Assembly: GCF_006345805.1 (NCBI RefSeq)
Contig: NC_043006.1
Span: 36,828,001 to 36,892,000 of the forward strand
Length of the DNA stretch: 64,000 nucleotides
Direction of reading: 5' to 3'
DNA from: Octopus sinensis
Lineage: Eukaryota
The position numbers and the translations under genes were made by a program. Position 1 is the first letter of the stretch; every line of letters begins with the position of its first letter. The notes below the pieces were generated by a model. The model saw nothing but the letters and a program-made list of their open reading frames with translations. It ran no database searches and had not been told where the DNA came from. Below, piece after piece: positions 38,320-52,413 of the stretch.

Positions 38320-39400
38320 TCGAACACACAATAGAGAATGTCGAACATAAATAGTCTTTGCAAGTTTCTTGGGCCAGTGAACAGTTCGGCCAATCCTGGT
38401 GACATAGGGTCTGCTCGAGGCAGGTTGCGACGACGAAGGTGGTGCTGTAGGTGCTGATGTTGTCAAAGGTGCATGTGTAGGTGATGTCAAAGGTGCATGT
38501 GTGGGTTATGGTGTTGGCAAAGGCGCACGTGTAGGTTCAAAGGTGGGCGTGGCAGCGGTGTCATCGAAAGATGTGGACACCTCAAAATAGGCTCTTTTAA
38601 GTCGATCTACAGAAATGGTCTCCGTACGACCATTCATATCGATCGTAAAAACTTTAGGTGTGCGAAGAAGCACACGAAAGGGTCCTTTGTGAGGAGAAAC
38701 AAGAGCTCTCTTGACAGAGTCATCTCGAACAAAAACATGCGACCAAGAGTCAATATCTGATGGGACATTAGAGGGTGGAGATTGGTCCCTGGAACCCATG
38801 GGCGGAAGATTAGAAAAATAGGTGCGAAGTCTGGTGACGTACGACGCTGGATCATTAAGCTGTCAAATGTCTGGCACCAACATCGTACCAGGCAATGCTA
38901 GTGTGGTACTATACAGCAGCTCTGCAGAGGAGAAACCCAGGTCTGCCTTGACAGCAGTACGACATCCAAGAAGCACAATTGGCAGAAATTCAATCCAGGA
39001 CTGCGGATCTGGAGAGGCACGTAGTGCGGCTTGAGCTGTCTATGAAATCGTTCGACCATCCCGTTGGAAGCTGGCTGGTAACTGGTCGTGCGAATATGAT
39101 GCACACCTAGAACTCGTGACAATTCACGAAATAAAGAAGCTTCAAAACTGGCGTCCGCGATCAGTAGTTAAACTGGACGGAACTCCGAAGCGGGAAATCC
39201 AGTTAAAGACAAAAGCTTGAGCAACAGATTCAGCGGAAATGTCTGCTATTGCAATGGCTTCTGGCCAATTGGAGAAACGATCGACACAAGTCAAGAAATG
39301 AGAATCCGCGACTCACAGGCCATGGTCCAACCAGGTCAATGTGGACATGGCGAATACGGGCCTCTGGAGGAGAAAATTGTCCAAGCGGAGCACAAATGTG
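38320..39400 (-). pseudogene. Frameshifted Gypsy integrase remnant
   Basis: [64 protein letters not shown] motifs across frames. Confidence 0.9.
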
Positions 39401-39439
39401 CCGTTGGATCTTGGAACAACTATGTGTCCAAGAAGTAAT

Positions 39440-40302
39440 TGTTGTGTCCACTACTCTGATTGGTTGGTATTGGCGCAATTTGTCTCTTGCTCTATTACGC
39501 GTCAATGTGCAACCCAACCAATCGCAGCCTTCTGATAAGGTCCCCTGACACAGTCTTCTAAATCTCCGTTGGAGCCTACTAGTCCCTATAAAAAGCTAGT
39601 TCAACATCGAGTCGAAGTCATTGGTTCTAGACCTTCTATGGTCTAACCACTGACCACAGAGCACACAGCCAGTTCCAGCGACAGACAACACCAGCAGCAT
39701 CAGGACCTCCATCTCTGTCACCTCCGTTTTAAAGTCTCTACGTACACAGCAACATTAGCTCAGGTTTAACTCCACACTGTGAATTACTTCACCATGGTTA
39801 ACAGCAAGTACAACCTGCGAGATCTTGCTGTATCAAGTAACCGGCAGCGGCATAGTAGTCACAACTTCTCACATGACACGTGTTCAACCAGCTCTGCTTC
39901 TACGCTACAACTTCTTGTTACAGCTCTTCAACTATTGTGTACCTTACTATGAATTGGTATTTATCTTCATTGTGCGAGAACATTCTTCTAACGCCCTGTT
40001 ATAGACTCTTTTTATTTTCTGTATTTTATCTCACACGCATACACTCTTGTTTGTACATGTATACACATTATGTATGCATGACGGCCTGTCTATTATTATT
40101 ATTATTATATATGTAATTATGACGCATACACACATGTTAACACCTAAATAAAATCTTCTCTCAAACCTTCTATCGACTGTGTCTCTTCCCTTTCCTTCTG
40201 GCACTTGTACTCATCTATTTTTGCTTTTATTGTAAGCGACCGTGCGATGTATTAAAGGAGTCATCCTTTCGTCACCCCTCCTTTCGCATGGTCGTTCTTA
40301 CA
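39440..40302 (+). mobile_element. Probable solo-LTR-like sequence
   Basis: CCAAT boxes, TATAAAAAG (about 39587), AATAAA (about 40147), CA end; 39990-40170 resembles 38090-38290. Confidence 0.4.
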
Positions 40303-41529
40303 AATCTTTTCCCTTATTTGTTTAATTGTCTGAAGGACTTTGAAGAAAAGGAAATTTCGTCCTTGAGGACAAAAAAAAAACCGAAAAAAAAAGAAGAAAG
40401 AAAAAAAGTTGCTTTCCTATTCCACTGAGCGAGGGAACATTTTACTTAAAAACGTTTAACTTGAAATATGTGGAGAAGTCATTTTTGCTTTCAGGACAAA
40501 TGCTATGTGACCGACTTGTTGGTGCCGGCTTGAAAATATTAACAGAAAATTTTCCTGAAATTCTTAAACAGCCTACCATTTTTTCCTACACTGAATTTCT
40601 CACATACTGTCCACATCGGACATTGTTTATCCATCACACCCAAAACAATCAATTTACTTTATTAATCAACTTTTTTTCGGACACGTCTATGTTTATAATA
40701 ATTTCAATTTACCCATACCACAAAAGCTAATCACACAGATAACACTCGCCACGAACAAACATAACTCCTACAATTCAACAAGTTCAGTCGTATAAGCCAA
40801 CCTTCAGGTTGGCTCATTCGATTGTGGTCTTTTTGCCCTTCCATACGTATTTGCCTTCAGAACAATAAATTTGTTTCTTTCGAGAAAGTTAAAAGTTTTT
40901 CAAATCTTTTATTTATTATCTTTCTCAGTTATTAGACAGTGGCCATGCTGGAGCACCAGATTGAAGAATTTTTAGTCGAAGGCACTTTTGCCTGACCGCT
41001 AGGTTACGAGGATATAAACACACCAACACCAGTTGTCAAGTGGTGGTCTCACACACACACACAGTTACATACACACACGACGGGCTTCTTTCAGTTTCCG
41101 TCTACCAAGTCCCTTCACAAGGCTCTGATCGGACAACACTTGGCCCAAGGTACCGCGCAATGGGACTGAACCCAGAACCATGTAGAAGGGAAGCAAACTT
41201 CTTACCACGCAGCCACGTCTGCTGACAATATAAACATTCACAATTCTCTTTTTTACCCAATAGGTTCCATATCTTAAGTGGAGAATTCCAACAAAACACC
41301 CAAAGATTGTCAGAAATCAAATGAAATTAATTGTTACGCAGAAAAATCTATCATGTAAGAAAATAAGTCGGGTATAAATATTGTTTAATTCGTCCAATTC
41401 AATAAACAGAATCGATCTCTATTTATTACAAATCGTATCACATTCATCTTGATTGCTTATTTACCTTCGTAAGGAGTTACAGCAATCCTCATAGATTATT
41501 ATTATTATCATTATTTTGGTTTGGCTCAA

Positions 41530-42300
41530 TTCGGTCTTATTCCTGGTAGGATTTATCTAGGTAGCGTGTAACCTTAGGTAACCATAAGTTTTCAGCAGTC
41601 TTTCAAGTGCTTAGAACCCCACTGATAACGCTTGCTGTCCCTAAGAGGAAAACTTTCTGTTGGAGTTTCACCGAGCATTCTATTTTAATCTCCTTCAGTC
41701 ATTTGTCTCAATCTTTGCTTCCTGTTCCCAAAGAACAAATTATCCTTTTATCCTTTTCTACTCTGGGCACACGGCCCAAAATTTTCGGGGGAGGGGGCCA
41801 GTCGATTAGATCGACCCCAGTACACAAATGGTACTTAATTTATCGACCCCCAAAGGATGAAAGGCAAAGTTGACGTTGGTGGAATTTGAACTCAGAACGT
41901 AAAAACAGACAAAAGACCGTTAGGCATTTCGCCCGGCGTGCTAACGTTTCTGCCAGCTTGCCGCCATCAACGCACCACTTATTATAGGCATAATCTTTAC
42001 TGTTCGCATGCTCCAAATTCTTCCTTTCAAATTTTAAGGGATTGCCATTTCATTGTTTTACAACCTCTTTCTTTACGATCCTGGATTCAAACGGACATGG
42101 TGGGTCGATTAGAAAGCAACTTCGCTTTTCATTATCTATAATTGTTATGTTCGGTTTATTTTCTAACTTCTTGTCCATTTCAATTGGAAAGTCCCACAAA
42201 ATCTTACATTTCTTCGACTCCAGTACTGTTGAGACTAGATGACAATGGCACTCTTCTTTTAATTTTGACTCTATATCTTCTGGAGGAGTTACCTCAATCA
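41530..42300 (-). pseudogene. R4/Dong-type LINE restriction-like endonuclease remnant
   Basis: KILWDFPIEMDKKLENKPNITIIDNEKRSCFLIDPPCPF matches the REL RPD..D pattern; bounded by (ATT)n; split by a SINE D copy. Confidence 0.65.
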
Positions 42301-42326
42301 TTTATATTATTATTATTATGGTTAAT

Positions 42327-44576
42327 ATTTACAAGTACACCAGCACGAAAAATCGACCTTTTTCTTTCTTTTTTTAATTTTAATTATTTCAGCGGATTCT
42401 TATGTTTTCGATGATAGAGATTTTGAATATGTCAAAAACCATTTTTTCAAAATTTCGCCCCTCACCACCCCAAGTTTTTAAATTTTAACTTTTTTCCACT
42501 TTTTTTTTCTTTCAATCGACGTGACAAAATATGAAGATTAAGAATACAGGGAAAAAATAAATTAATTTAAAATTTTCTGTGAGGAAACTCCAAAATTGAT
42601 TGATACGCTCCTCCCTGTCTAAAAGTGAAAATGAACGGCTTATGTGTTTGTGAGTGCGCATGCGAATGAACGGAGAAAGTATGCTCGAAATAACAGCCAA
42701 ATCTCACATAAACGGAACTCTCCAACCCTTTAGAAAAGAATCTTATTTTTATGGATACCCATGTTTTCTGCAATGGAGATTCCGATTCTGAAAAAAAAAT
42801 TGTAAAATTTCCAATTTTGCAAAAAAAAAAAGGAAAGAAAAGAAATAAATAAATTATCCGAACCCCTTTTCCTTGCACAAACCACATTGAGGCCTATTGG
42901 TCCCGAATCAAAAGACGTTTGAAGTATATCACTGGATCAACGGGTGATATGAAATGGTCTCGCGTCGACGAAATATAGGTATCGAAAAATGTATGAATTT
43001 ACGGCGAAGAAAAATTTTCAGAATTTCTATACATTTCTCAAACACATTTCCGAAGTTTATCCCGCCTAAATTCCAATGGCGTACGTGGCGGAGGTTTCAC
43101 ATGTAAAAAAAAAATGTACACTTTAATTTCACTCTGTCATATTAATGCGGGAAATTACTCTGAAAGAAACCTTTACAGAAAGGTGAGTAGATTGATTACA
43201 CGTTTCTTTCATTATGCTATCGGAGTTTTGTGAGATTTGACTTTTATTTCTAGCACATTTTCTCTGTTCATTCGCACGCGTACACAAACACACAAGCCAC
43301 TCGTTTTCACTTGCAGACGATAGAGTTGTATGAATCAATTTTGGAGTTTTCTCATAGAAAATTTGAAATGAATTATTATTTTTTCTCCATATTCTTAATC
43401 TCCATGTTTTTCCACGTCGATTAATAAAAAAAAAATTCAAAAATATGTTAAAATTTTAAAATTTGGGTTGGGGAGGGGGGCGGGAATTAAAAATTTGGCA
43501 GTCATACCTTTGGGTGTCAGAAGTGAAAGTAGAGAAATCTGACGTCAGACGTCAACTTCGTGTATTTACGTCGTCTTTCGTTTATTTACGTACCACTGAA
43601 ATGCAAGTAAAAGCTTGTATGTATGTATGTATGTATGTATATATACATACATACACACATATATATAATATACATGTATATATACATATATATATATATA
43701 TTTAATACATACATATATATAATATATACATGTATTTTTACCGCCTTTAGTCGCACAAATCGACCCCAGAACTTATTCTATCGCTCTTTTTTCTTAACCA
43801 CTATACATTATATACATACATACAGATAGATAGATAGATACACACACACACACACATAATAGATATAAAATGTGTACGTGTGTACATTTTTCAGAAAAAA
43901 ATTCATACATTTTAAATATCAATAGCATTTCTCTTATTTTTTACATGAAGTTTTTGATTTTTACATTCTAAATTCATTTTTCGAAAACTTCATGTAAAAA
44001 ATAAGAGAAATGCTATTGATATTTAAAATGTATGAATTTTTTTCTGAAAAATGTACACACGTACACATTTTATATCTATTATATGTGTGTGTGTGTATCT
44101 ATCTATCTATCTGTATGTATGTATATAATGTATAGTGGTTAAGAAAAAAGAGCGATAGAATAAGTTCTGGGGTCGATTTGTGCGACTAAAGGCGGTAAAA
44201 ATACATGTATATATTATATATATGTATGTATTAAATATATATATATATATGTATATATACATGTATATTATATATATGTGTGTATGTATGTATATATACA
44301 TACATACATACAAGCTTTTACTTGCATTTCAGTGGTACGTAAATAAACGGCGTAAATAAACGAAAGACGACGTAAATACACGAAGTTGACGTCTGACGTC
44401 AGATTTCTCTACTTTCACTTCTGACACCCAAAGGCATGACAGTGCCAAAAATTTTGTAAGAATGGTTTTTGACATATTCAGAATATCTCCGCCATCGAAA
44501 ACATAGGAATCCGCTGAAAAAATTTTCAATAAAAGAAAAAAAAGGACGATTTTTCGTACCTGTATACTTGTAAACA
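42327..44576. mobile_element. Non-autonomous DNA transposon, TIR TGTTTACAAGTACACCGG
   Basis: Inverted ends; shorter copy 45609-46366 and partial copy about 46750-47256 share internal sequence. Confidence 0.75.
43497..44446. mobile_element. 950-bp foldback element, GG termini, 8-bp TSD
   Basis: Near-perfect arms of about 460 bp, spacer under 30 bp, TSD AAAAATTT (43489-43496 / 44447-44454). Confidence 0.9.
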
Positions 44577-44590
44577 TTAACCACCACCAC

Positions 44591-44594
<4 letters not shown>

Positions 44595-44621
<27 letters not shown>

Positions 44622-45241
44622 GAATGAGTGAGAGAGCAGTGCATGCCGTAAAAGTGACACTGGGGTAAAATATACGAAGCCCAGTATACCCATCATGACT
44701 ACTCGTCTGACAAGGATACACCAGGTATATGCATTACAACCGAATGTGTGCGACATGGTGATCTCATAATCTTGCGGGTGGGGCCCAGTTAGAATTTTCT
44801 TCATGTCGAGTAGCCCATCCTGCTCAAATGATCTTTGAATAAGCGTTGTTTAAGGATTTTGAACAAAACATCCGTGTTTCCAGAGGTGAATTATTCCAAC
44901 TCCGAAGAATTCCTCTCGACACATGTCTATGATGCTCCCCCACTACTTCTCGTGATCAGAGATTCATATATCGTCAGCCACCAAAGGAACATGTTCAACT
45001 GGTTTATGGTCAAACAGCTGATAAGCAAATTTGTGGTACTGAGCAGAATATTTGCTATCGTCCGCCGAAGTCGACTTTATCATTCTTTCGAGGTCGATAA
45101 ATTAAGTACCAGTGAAAGTACTTGGGTCGATGCAATCATCTATACCCCACCCACAGATTTCAGGTCTTGTGGCTTTAATAGAAGGGGTTCTTCTTCTTCT
45201 TCTTATCATCATCATCATCATCATCATCATTATTATTATTA

Positions 45242-45275
<34 letters not shown>

Positions 45276-45558
45276 GAGTGAGAGAGCAGTGCATGCCATC
45301 AAAGTGACACTGGGGTAAAATATACGAAGCCCAATATACCCATCATGACTACCCGTCTGATAAGGGTACACCAGGCACATGCATCACAACCATATGTGCG
45401 CGACATGGTGATCTCATATCAAGATAAACAGCACATGACCTTGCAGGTGGGGCCCAGTTAGAATTTTCTTCAGGTTGAGTAGCCCATCCCGCTCAAAAGG
45501 TCCCTGAATAAGGGTTGTTTAAGGATGTTGAAAGAACCACCCATGTTTCCAGAGGTGA

Positions 45559-45560
<2 letters not shown>
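44595..45560 (-). mobile_element. Two copies of an (AAT)n-tailed retroposon 3' region
   Basis: 44622-45060 and 45275-45560 are similar; opposite-strand copy about 60715-61260; all abut (ATT)n. Confidence 0.75.
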
Positions 45561-45594
<34 letters not shown>

Positions 45595-45608
45595 GTTGTT
45601 GTTGTTGT

Positions 45609-46366
45609 TGTTTACAAATACACCGGCATGAAAAATCGATCTTTTTTTTTTCGAAAATTTAAACTTTTTTTTCAATTTTATTTCTTTCAATCAACGTGGG
45701 AAAATATGGGGGGAAAATAAAAAAAAAAAAGAAGAAGAAAGAAATTACCCGGACCCCTTTCTCTTGCACAAAAGAAAATTTTCAGAATTTCTATACATTT
45801 CTCAAACACATTTCCGAAGTTTATCCCGCTTAAATTCCAATGGCGTACATGGCGGAGGTTTCACATGTTAAAAAAAATGTACACTTTAATTTCACTCTGT
45901 CATATTACTGCGGGAAATTACTTTGAAAGAAACCCTTACAGAAAGGTGAGTAGATTGATTACATATTTCTTTCATTATGCTATCGGAGTTTTGTGAGATT
46001 TGACTTTTATTTCTAGCATATTTTCTCTGTTCATTCGCACGCGCACACAAACACACAAGCCGCTCGTTTTCACTTGCAGACGATAGGGTTGTATCAATCA
46101 ATTTTGGAGTTTTCTCATAGAAAATTTGAAATGAATTATTATTTTTTTCTCCATATTCTTAATCTCCATGTTTTTCCACGTCGATTAATAAAAAAAAATT
46201 CAAAAGTAAGTTAAAATTTTTAAATTTGAGTTGAGGAGGGGGAAATTTAAAATTTTGAGAAAATGGTTTTTGACATATTTAGAATATCTACGCCATCGAA
46301 AACAGGAATCCGCTGAAAATTTTTTTTAAAAAAAGGTCGATTTTTTGTGCCGGTGTACTTGTAAAC
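45609..46366. mobile_element. Second copy of the TGTTTACAAGTACACCGG element
   Basis: Both TIRs present. Confidence 0.75.
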
Positions 46367-46384
46367 AATTATTATTATTATTAT

Positions 46385-46750
46385 GTTTGACTTTTGCTTT
46401 GCATTTGTACAACTTGGCTCCAAGTCTCAAGTGACAACAAGTTAGAAGTTCATGTTGGTGTTATGCCTAGGGTGCCATATATTTGGCTTTGTACATAGTA
46501 TTGTTCTTGAGAATGTTTAAGAAACCATAAGAAAATTGTTTTTGTTTTAAAATTTGAGATTACATAGACGGTATTTTACGTAGTATATGGGCAGTTCCCA
46601 TGAACACTATCTCTTAAATTTCCGCCATTTTGGGGTTTCCTGTTATCTGAGCTAGGTAGCAATCAGCCTCTTTTGGTATCATTCCTAGGGCACCTATTAC
46701 AACAGGTATTGTTTTAGTCTTCAGTTCTACATTTTGCTAATTTCTATTTC
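46385..46750 (-). mobile_element. R4/Dong-like LINE 3' end
   Basis: Minus strand PVVIGALGMIPK-type motif followed by UTR and (AAT)n. Confidence 0.55.
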
Positions 46751-47949
46751 AATCAAAAGAAGGTTGAAGTATATCACTGGATCATCGGGCGATATGAAAT
46801 TTACCGAGAAGAAAAATTTTCAGTATTTCCATACATTTCTCAAACATATTTCCGAAGTTTATCCCGCCTAAATTCCAATGGTGTACATTGCGGAGGTTTC
46901 ACATGTAAAAAAAAATGAACACTTTAATTTCACTCTGTCATATTACAGCGGAAAATTACTCTGTATGAATCAATTTTGGAGTTTCTTCATAGAAAATTTG
47001 AAATGAATTATGTTTTTTCTCCATATTCTTAATCTCCATGTTGTTCCACGTCGATTGGAAAAAAGAAATTCAAAAATAGGTTAAAATTTTAAAATTTGGG
47101 TTGGGTTGGGGAGGGGGAATTTAAAATCTTGAAAGAATGGTTTTTTTGCATTTTCAGAATCTCCATCATCGAAAACATAGGAATCCGCAGAAAAACTTTC
47201 AAAAAAAAAAGGAAAAAAAAAAAGGGTGGATTTTTCGTACCGGTGTACTTGTAAACTTTTAGACAGCGGGATGAAGTGGCGAGGGGTGTATGAATCAGTT
47301 TTGGAGTTTCCTCATAGAAAATTTGAAATTAGCTATTATTTCACCCCCCCCCCCCCATACGTTGATCAATTTTGATATTAACACGTGCCTGATTTTCACT
47401 AAAGAAAAAAAAATCTGATTTTTTGTGTGGAATCAAGCACCCTGACCTTCTAATATGATGCAAATCCTTTATTTTTGTTCGCAAGAAAGGTGGGGGGAAG
47501 GGGGAATCCCCTCCATCCCGGAATCATTGAAATTCTTTTTTTTTTTTCGTTGAATGAATTCCTGTGACCTCCTAATATGCCGCAAAACCCTTTAGGGGGG
47601 GTCCGAAAAACGGGGTTGGGTGAGGTGGAAGCCTCGGAAATATCCCCCCCACCTCCATTGATCTTTTCACCTGCACGAGTATGTGCTGTGGTTTGTTGCG
47701 ATGCTCTTATTTTTACTGTATTGAAATTTTTTTACGTAGGATGTGTGCGGTGCCTAGTAGTGCTATTTTCTGTTTGTTATATATATACTTGTTAGTCCTG
47801 GTGTTTTTGTTATGTATTTGTCTGAATATTTTTTTATCATACCTAATGCGCCTACTATGATAGGAATTGTTTCTGTTTTTAGACTCCACATTCGAGTTAC
47901 CTCTATTTCTATATCTTTGTATTTTGAAAGTTTTTCCGTTTCTATTAGA

Positions 47950-48825
47950 GTAGGGGTGTCAAACTAATTTTAGATTACGGGCCACATATCAACCCAATTT
48001 GATCTCAAGCGGACCGGACCAGTAAAATCATGGCATAAGAACCTATAAATAACAATTTCAAAATTTTCCCTTTCTTTTAGTGTAAATAAGTACATTCTGA
48101 AAATGTTCATGTTTAAAGAACTATTTGTTTTTGCAAAACATTGAACAAGTAAAAGTGAGAAATGTTAGAGAGACTGAGTGGTCACACTGCCTTGTAAATG
48201 TATACAATTTATAAATTAAAAAAACATTTTGAAAAACATTTAAAACGACTTCACTTTTTATCATTTATTTTCAATATGCTCCTGAAACTTGGCATCTTTT
48301 CTCCTTCACAAGTGTATCAATATCAGGTGTCAAATCCTGAGTAGCAGCAAATTTCAAGATGTCATTTTGGTGCTTATGTGTGAGCTTTGAGCGCAGAATT
48401 GTTTTATTGATGTTCAGTACAGAGAAACCTTGTTCACAAAGGTAGGTAGTCCCGAACATGCACAAAACTTTCGCAGCAAGGGCTGTTAGTTTGGGGTACT
48501 TTGGCGAGAGATACTAATAAAATGTATGTAAGTCCAGCGAGGAAAATTTGTTCTTCAACTCTGAATCACGCTGTAAGTCAACCATATCAAGTTGGATGTT
48601 GACGGCAGATCAGAGGCGTTAACTGTAAATGGCGAGCAAAAAACTGAAATCTGTCTCAAGTTCATCAAAAATCTGAAACCGTTGCTCAACCTCTCGCTGT
48701 AATCCCGTGATACTGTCTTTGTACCGATTCATGTCAATATCATCTGCGGTCGCAACCATATCTTTTAGACAAGAAAAATGAGCAGGGTGATCACCTGACA
48801 GTTGCGTCTCTCACAAAGTTAATGC
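47950..48825 (-). pseudogene. hAT (Charlie/SPIN-like) transposase C-terminal remnant with one terminus
   Basis: MFGTTYLCEQGFSVLNINKT..RSKLT..RCQVSG; terminus AGGGGTGTCAAACT. Confidence 0.85.
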
Positions 48826-48829
48826 TCCC

Positions 48830-50835
48830 AAAATCCCTGGAACATTCCTCTTCTAATGGAGATGGCTTTGGTTTTTTATGAGTCCCTCTTTTGTCTGGAG
48901 CTGTAGCACTGTCTGCCATTTATTCATGGAATGTTTTATATATTTTATGATTATTGGTGCTACCTTGTTCATGACTAGTGTTTCTTGGATCCCTGTGTGG
49001 GGAATACTACCAAAAGCCTTTCGGTACGCGATCCAGGCCATACTTAGATTCTTCTTCTTTCTGTGGCTGTTTTCAGTTATGGCTTTATTGATCAGTAGCT
49101 GATCTTTACAACCGTATGAGCCCTTGCAGCATCCCTTCTGCTCTTCTGGAAACAAGTTGCTTTCTTCCAGATGTTTGCTTGTTCTCTGCGATATTCTTTT
49201 ATACTTCAGGCACAAGGCCTGAATTTTTTCAAGTTGTCTGTAACTTTGAGGGTTTGCTGTTTCAGCGGATTTGGGAATTAGGATACTTTTCTCTCCTCTG
49301 AGCATTCAGTAGTTCATTAAATTTCTCAGCCAGCTTTTTATGGGTTCCTGTTAAGTATTTTAAACAGAAGTTGGGGATCTTGTGCTTAGGTGCCTTCCAG
49401 TTGCTTCGTTTTTGCAGTGCCTGGGTGACCTCTTCAGTTGTTATAGGGGTCCAAAGTTGTTCAGATGTTGTGTTCGTTGTTTTGATAGATCTTTGCTGAG
49501 GTTGTTCCTTCGCCGACCATATTTCTTTCCATAATTCGTTCACTTCTGCTGCATTGATCTCTATTTCATTTTTGGCAAGTTCCTGGTAGAATCTTCTGAG
49601 GTTGGAGCTGAACTCTTTGTTTTGTTCAAAGAAACGTTGGTGTTTCTCATACCGGCGGATACTTTGTGTTTTGGCGAGGATAATTTGCTTTAGCTGTTCT
49701 TTTACCTCAGATATGCCTTGTTCTGTAATTTTGTATTCATGTAGTATTTTTCTTCTCTTCTTGTTACTTAATAGTGTTGATTGTCTACTAGTTACATTAA
49801 AGATTGACAGATCCTTTCTCTTATTTTCTATTTTCTGAATATTGTTTATCTACAGGGTCTGTTTTGGTGGTGATATGCTCCTGTTTGGATGGGTTTTAGG
49901 GAGTATCCAGCTTCTTTTGTGATCATAGCAGCTGCTGCAATATTTAATATCATTTAGCCTGGTCATATTGACATTTGTTTCTGTGGCTATAAGTTCTATG
50001 ACGGCCAGGTTCATGCTATTTATTATTGATGTTGTTTTAGTATCAATTTTAATTTTTGGGAGGTACAATCGGTGGCCTATACTGAAATCTGTGGCTTTCA
50101 ATTCTTTGATTATACTCATTTTTAGAGTAGCATAATCATTAGTTTCGCCTTCACTGTTTCAAGGTTTTAGATTTGTTTCGCATTCCATCCCGTTTATATT
50201 TTTACCTGTGGTGTTCTGGTTTGGTGCATTTTGCTCATCATTATACATTCCTACAGTCTGGGTTTGTTGTCTTTCATTGCTTGCTTCTTGTTGGACATGC
50301 TACTCTGTCTTCGTATTTTACAGTCCCAGTACTTATGATATTATTTGGTACTGCTGTGTGGTTACTATCTACATGTTCCTGATGTATTTTCCCTTATAAG
50401 TGTTCGTTTTCTATTTCTGATATTTTTTTTATTTTGAGAATATATCTTCGTATGTTAGCTAGTTTTTTAGGATTCATTGCTTATCCTAATCTTTATATAG
50501 GTTATTTTCCTTCCAGATTTTATATGTATATGTTGTGTTTTCGTTCTGTGAGTAGAGCACTGCTGTAAAATAAGCGTGTAGAATTGAAATATATTCCTCG
50601 CGTATCCATTTATGCTTTTTAAAATTTTATTTGCGGGACGTTAGGAATAACGTCCGGCCCTTTATTTTGATAGTCATTATTTCATAGGGTACCGGTCCGT
50701 TCATTTCTGGTGTTAAATGGTTTTGCACGTGTAGTTTTTCGTACTTTTCGTGTAACAAGTTGAAGTACGTACTCCCCGTTTGTTATCCTTGGGTTGAATA
50801 ATAACGTATTTAATTTATTTTTCATTTTTGTGCAT
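48830..50835 (-). pseudogene. R4/Dong-type non-LTR retrotransposon, 5' half with RT remnant
   Basis: [41 protein letters not shown] and SNWKAP; 5' end at (ATT)n. Confidence 0.85.
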
Positions 50836-50931
50836 ATTATTATTATTATTATTATTATTATTAGGCATTATCTTTAACGTCTAGAGATATGATAACTTGC
50901 CAGAGATGGTCATACTCGTCTACGTACGTGC

Positions 50932-50965
<34 letters not shown>

Positions 50966-50999
50966 AATTCATTTCTGATGTCTCAGAATGGAGTGTGAT

Positions 51000-52200
51000 A
51001 TCCAGCCTCAAGTAACTCTTCCAGGTGATTTCTTGTTTTGAAGTCTGGTGAGCACCCCCACTCATCTGCACCACCCAGAAGACTTCATTCCCGTGCCCCG
51101 TATGGCATAGCTGTTCCTGGACATGATTTTCTGCCTTCTGCTGCCGTGCATAACATCGTTGGAGATTTTTGCCGTTCTTATCACATGTACGATCTCCTTA
51201 AGCACTTGATTGTGTCTTCACCTGTATCTTCCTTGGGCTGGTGCTACTCTGCAGGAACTCAGAACGTGTTCCACTGTCTGTCTACTCCGGGCAGAATGGG
51301 CACTCAGGATTATCTGATTTACCCCCACTTCCCTAGGTTCGTATTCGTATGCAGGAAATCATAGACAGATCTGAAGATAAAACTTATTCTAAAATGTGCC
51401 ATATGGCACAAGTAGTTCCAGCTGAGACACTTCTAGAGTGGATCTTCCCACGTCATCCACTGGCCCGGTTGACTCTGCAGTATTGCCTTCCGGATTCTTA
51501 GGGCATCCTCTTCCTTTTTTTCACCTCCTGTAAAATAAGATTTCTCTTCATCTTTCTTTTGTTTTCTTAATACCAATTCATTTTTGTTACGCCCAGTCCC
51601 TGCCTATTGGCCTAAAGGCATTTCTTTGCTGTATCCATTTCTCTGATCGTACGGCTTTTCTTTGCTGCATCCACCACCTCCTAGACTTTCCATTTCCTAC
51701 CTGTCTTCAGTTTGGGCCGGATCGACCGGACGACCTTGTCTTTCGAGTCTTCAAACATGGCTAAAAGCCTTACTTTTCCAACTTACTATTCCTCGACGAT
51801 GGGTTTGAGAGGTAGCTCCAACCTGCCTGGCGACATGAGAGTGCAACATCAGCAAGACCTGGTGTGACACCCAGCCACTTCTTTGCGTACTTTTCTTTAT
51901 TTTGACCTCCATATCTCCACTGTATTAATGCTGATATCATAAATTAGCAGAGCCAGAGAAGCTTTATGATTAACATGAACTGAAAACACCAAAATCTCAT
52001 GCCTTGTATTTGCCAGAGAGGTCACACTGGTCTATGACCTGCAAACTTTTTACCACCATTTGTTTCGTTTCGGTCCCTCTTTTCGTATCTTTCAACGTGT
52101 TGTCCATACCATCTTCCAATACTTTTGACTAGTTCTTTTGCTGCAGTTGGGATATTTTGGTTGGCTACTGTGAACACGGCTAATTTCCCTTTCGGCAGAG
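51000..52200 (-). pseudogene. HERO-like REL non-LTR retrotransposon remnant
   Basis: Minus strand DSKDKVVRSIRPKLKTGRKWKV, RQGLG, TVEHVLSSCRVAPAQGRYR*RHNQVL. Confidence 0.7.
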
Positions 52201-52413
52201 AGAGAGAGAGAGATTCCGGGATTTGTTTAGTTTGAATCTCATTCTGGAAGAGGCAACTACTTCGTTCAACTATTTCAGCTTTGATGTTGATTGAAAGAGA
52301 ACTAAAAGAGACGCAGGAAAGCATTCGTTTCAGTTATGGCATTATGACGTCATAGATATATTTGAAATAATAATCTAAATTCTACTGCAACATTCTCAAT
52401 ATATATATGACTA

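Noticed and set aside
43513-43525. GGTGTCAGAAGTG match to the tRNA-Leu PBS in the foldback TIR
   Set aside because: 13-nt match only, no TGG start and no adjacent LTR; likely chance
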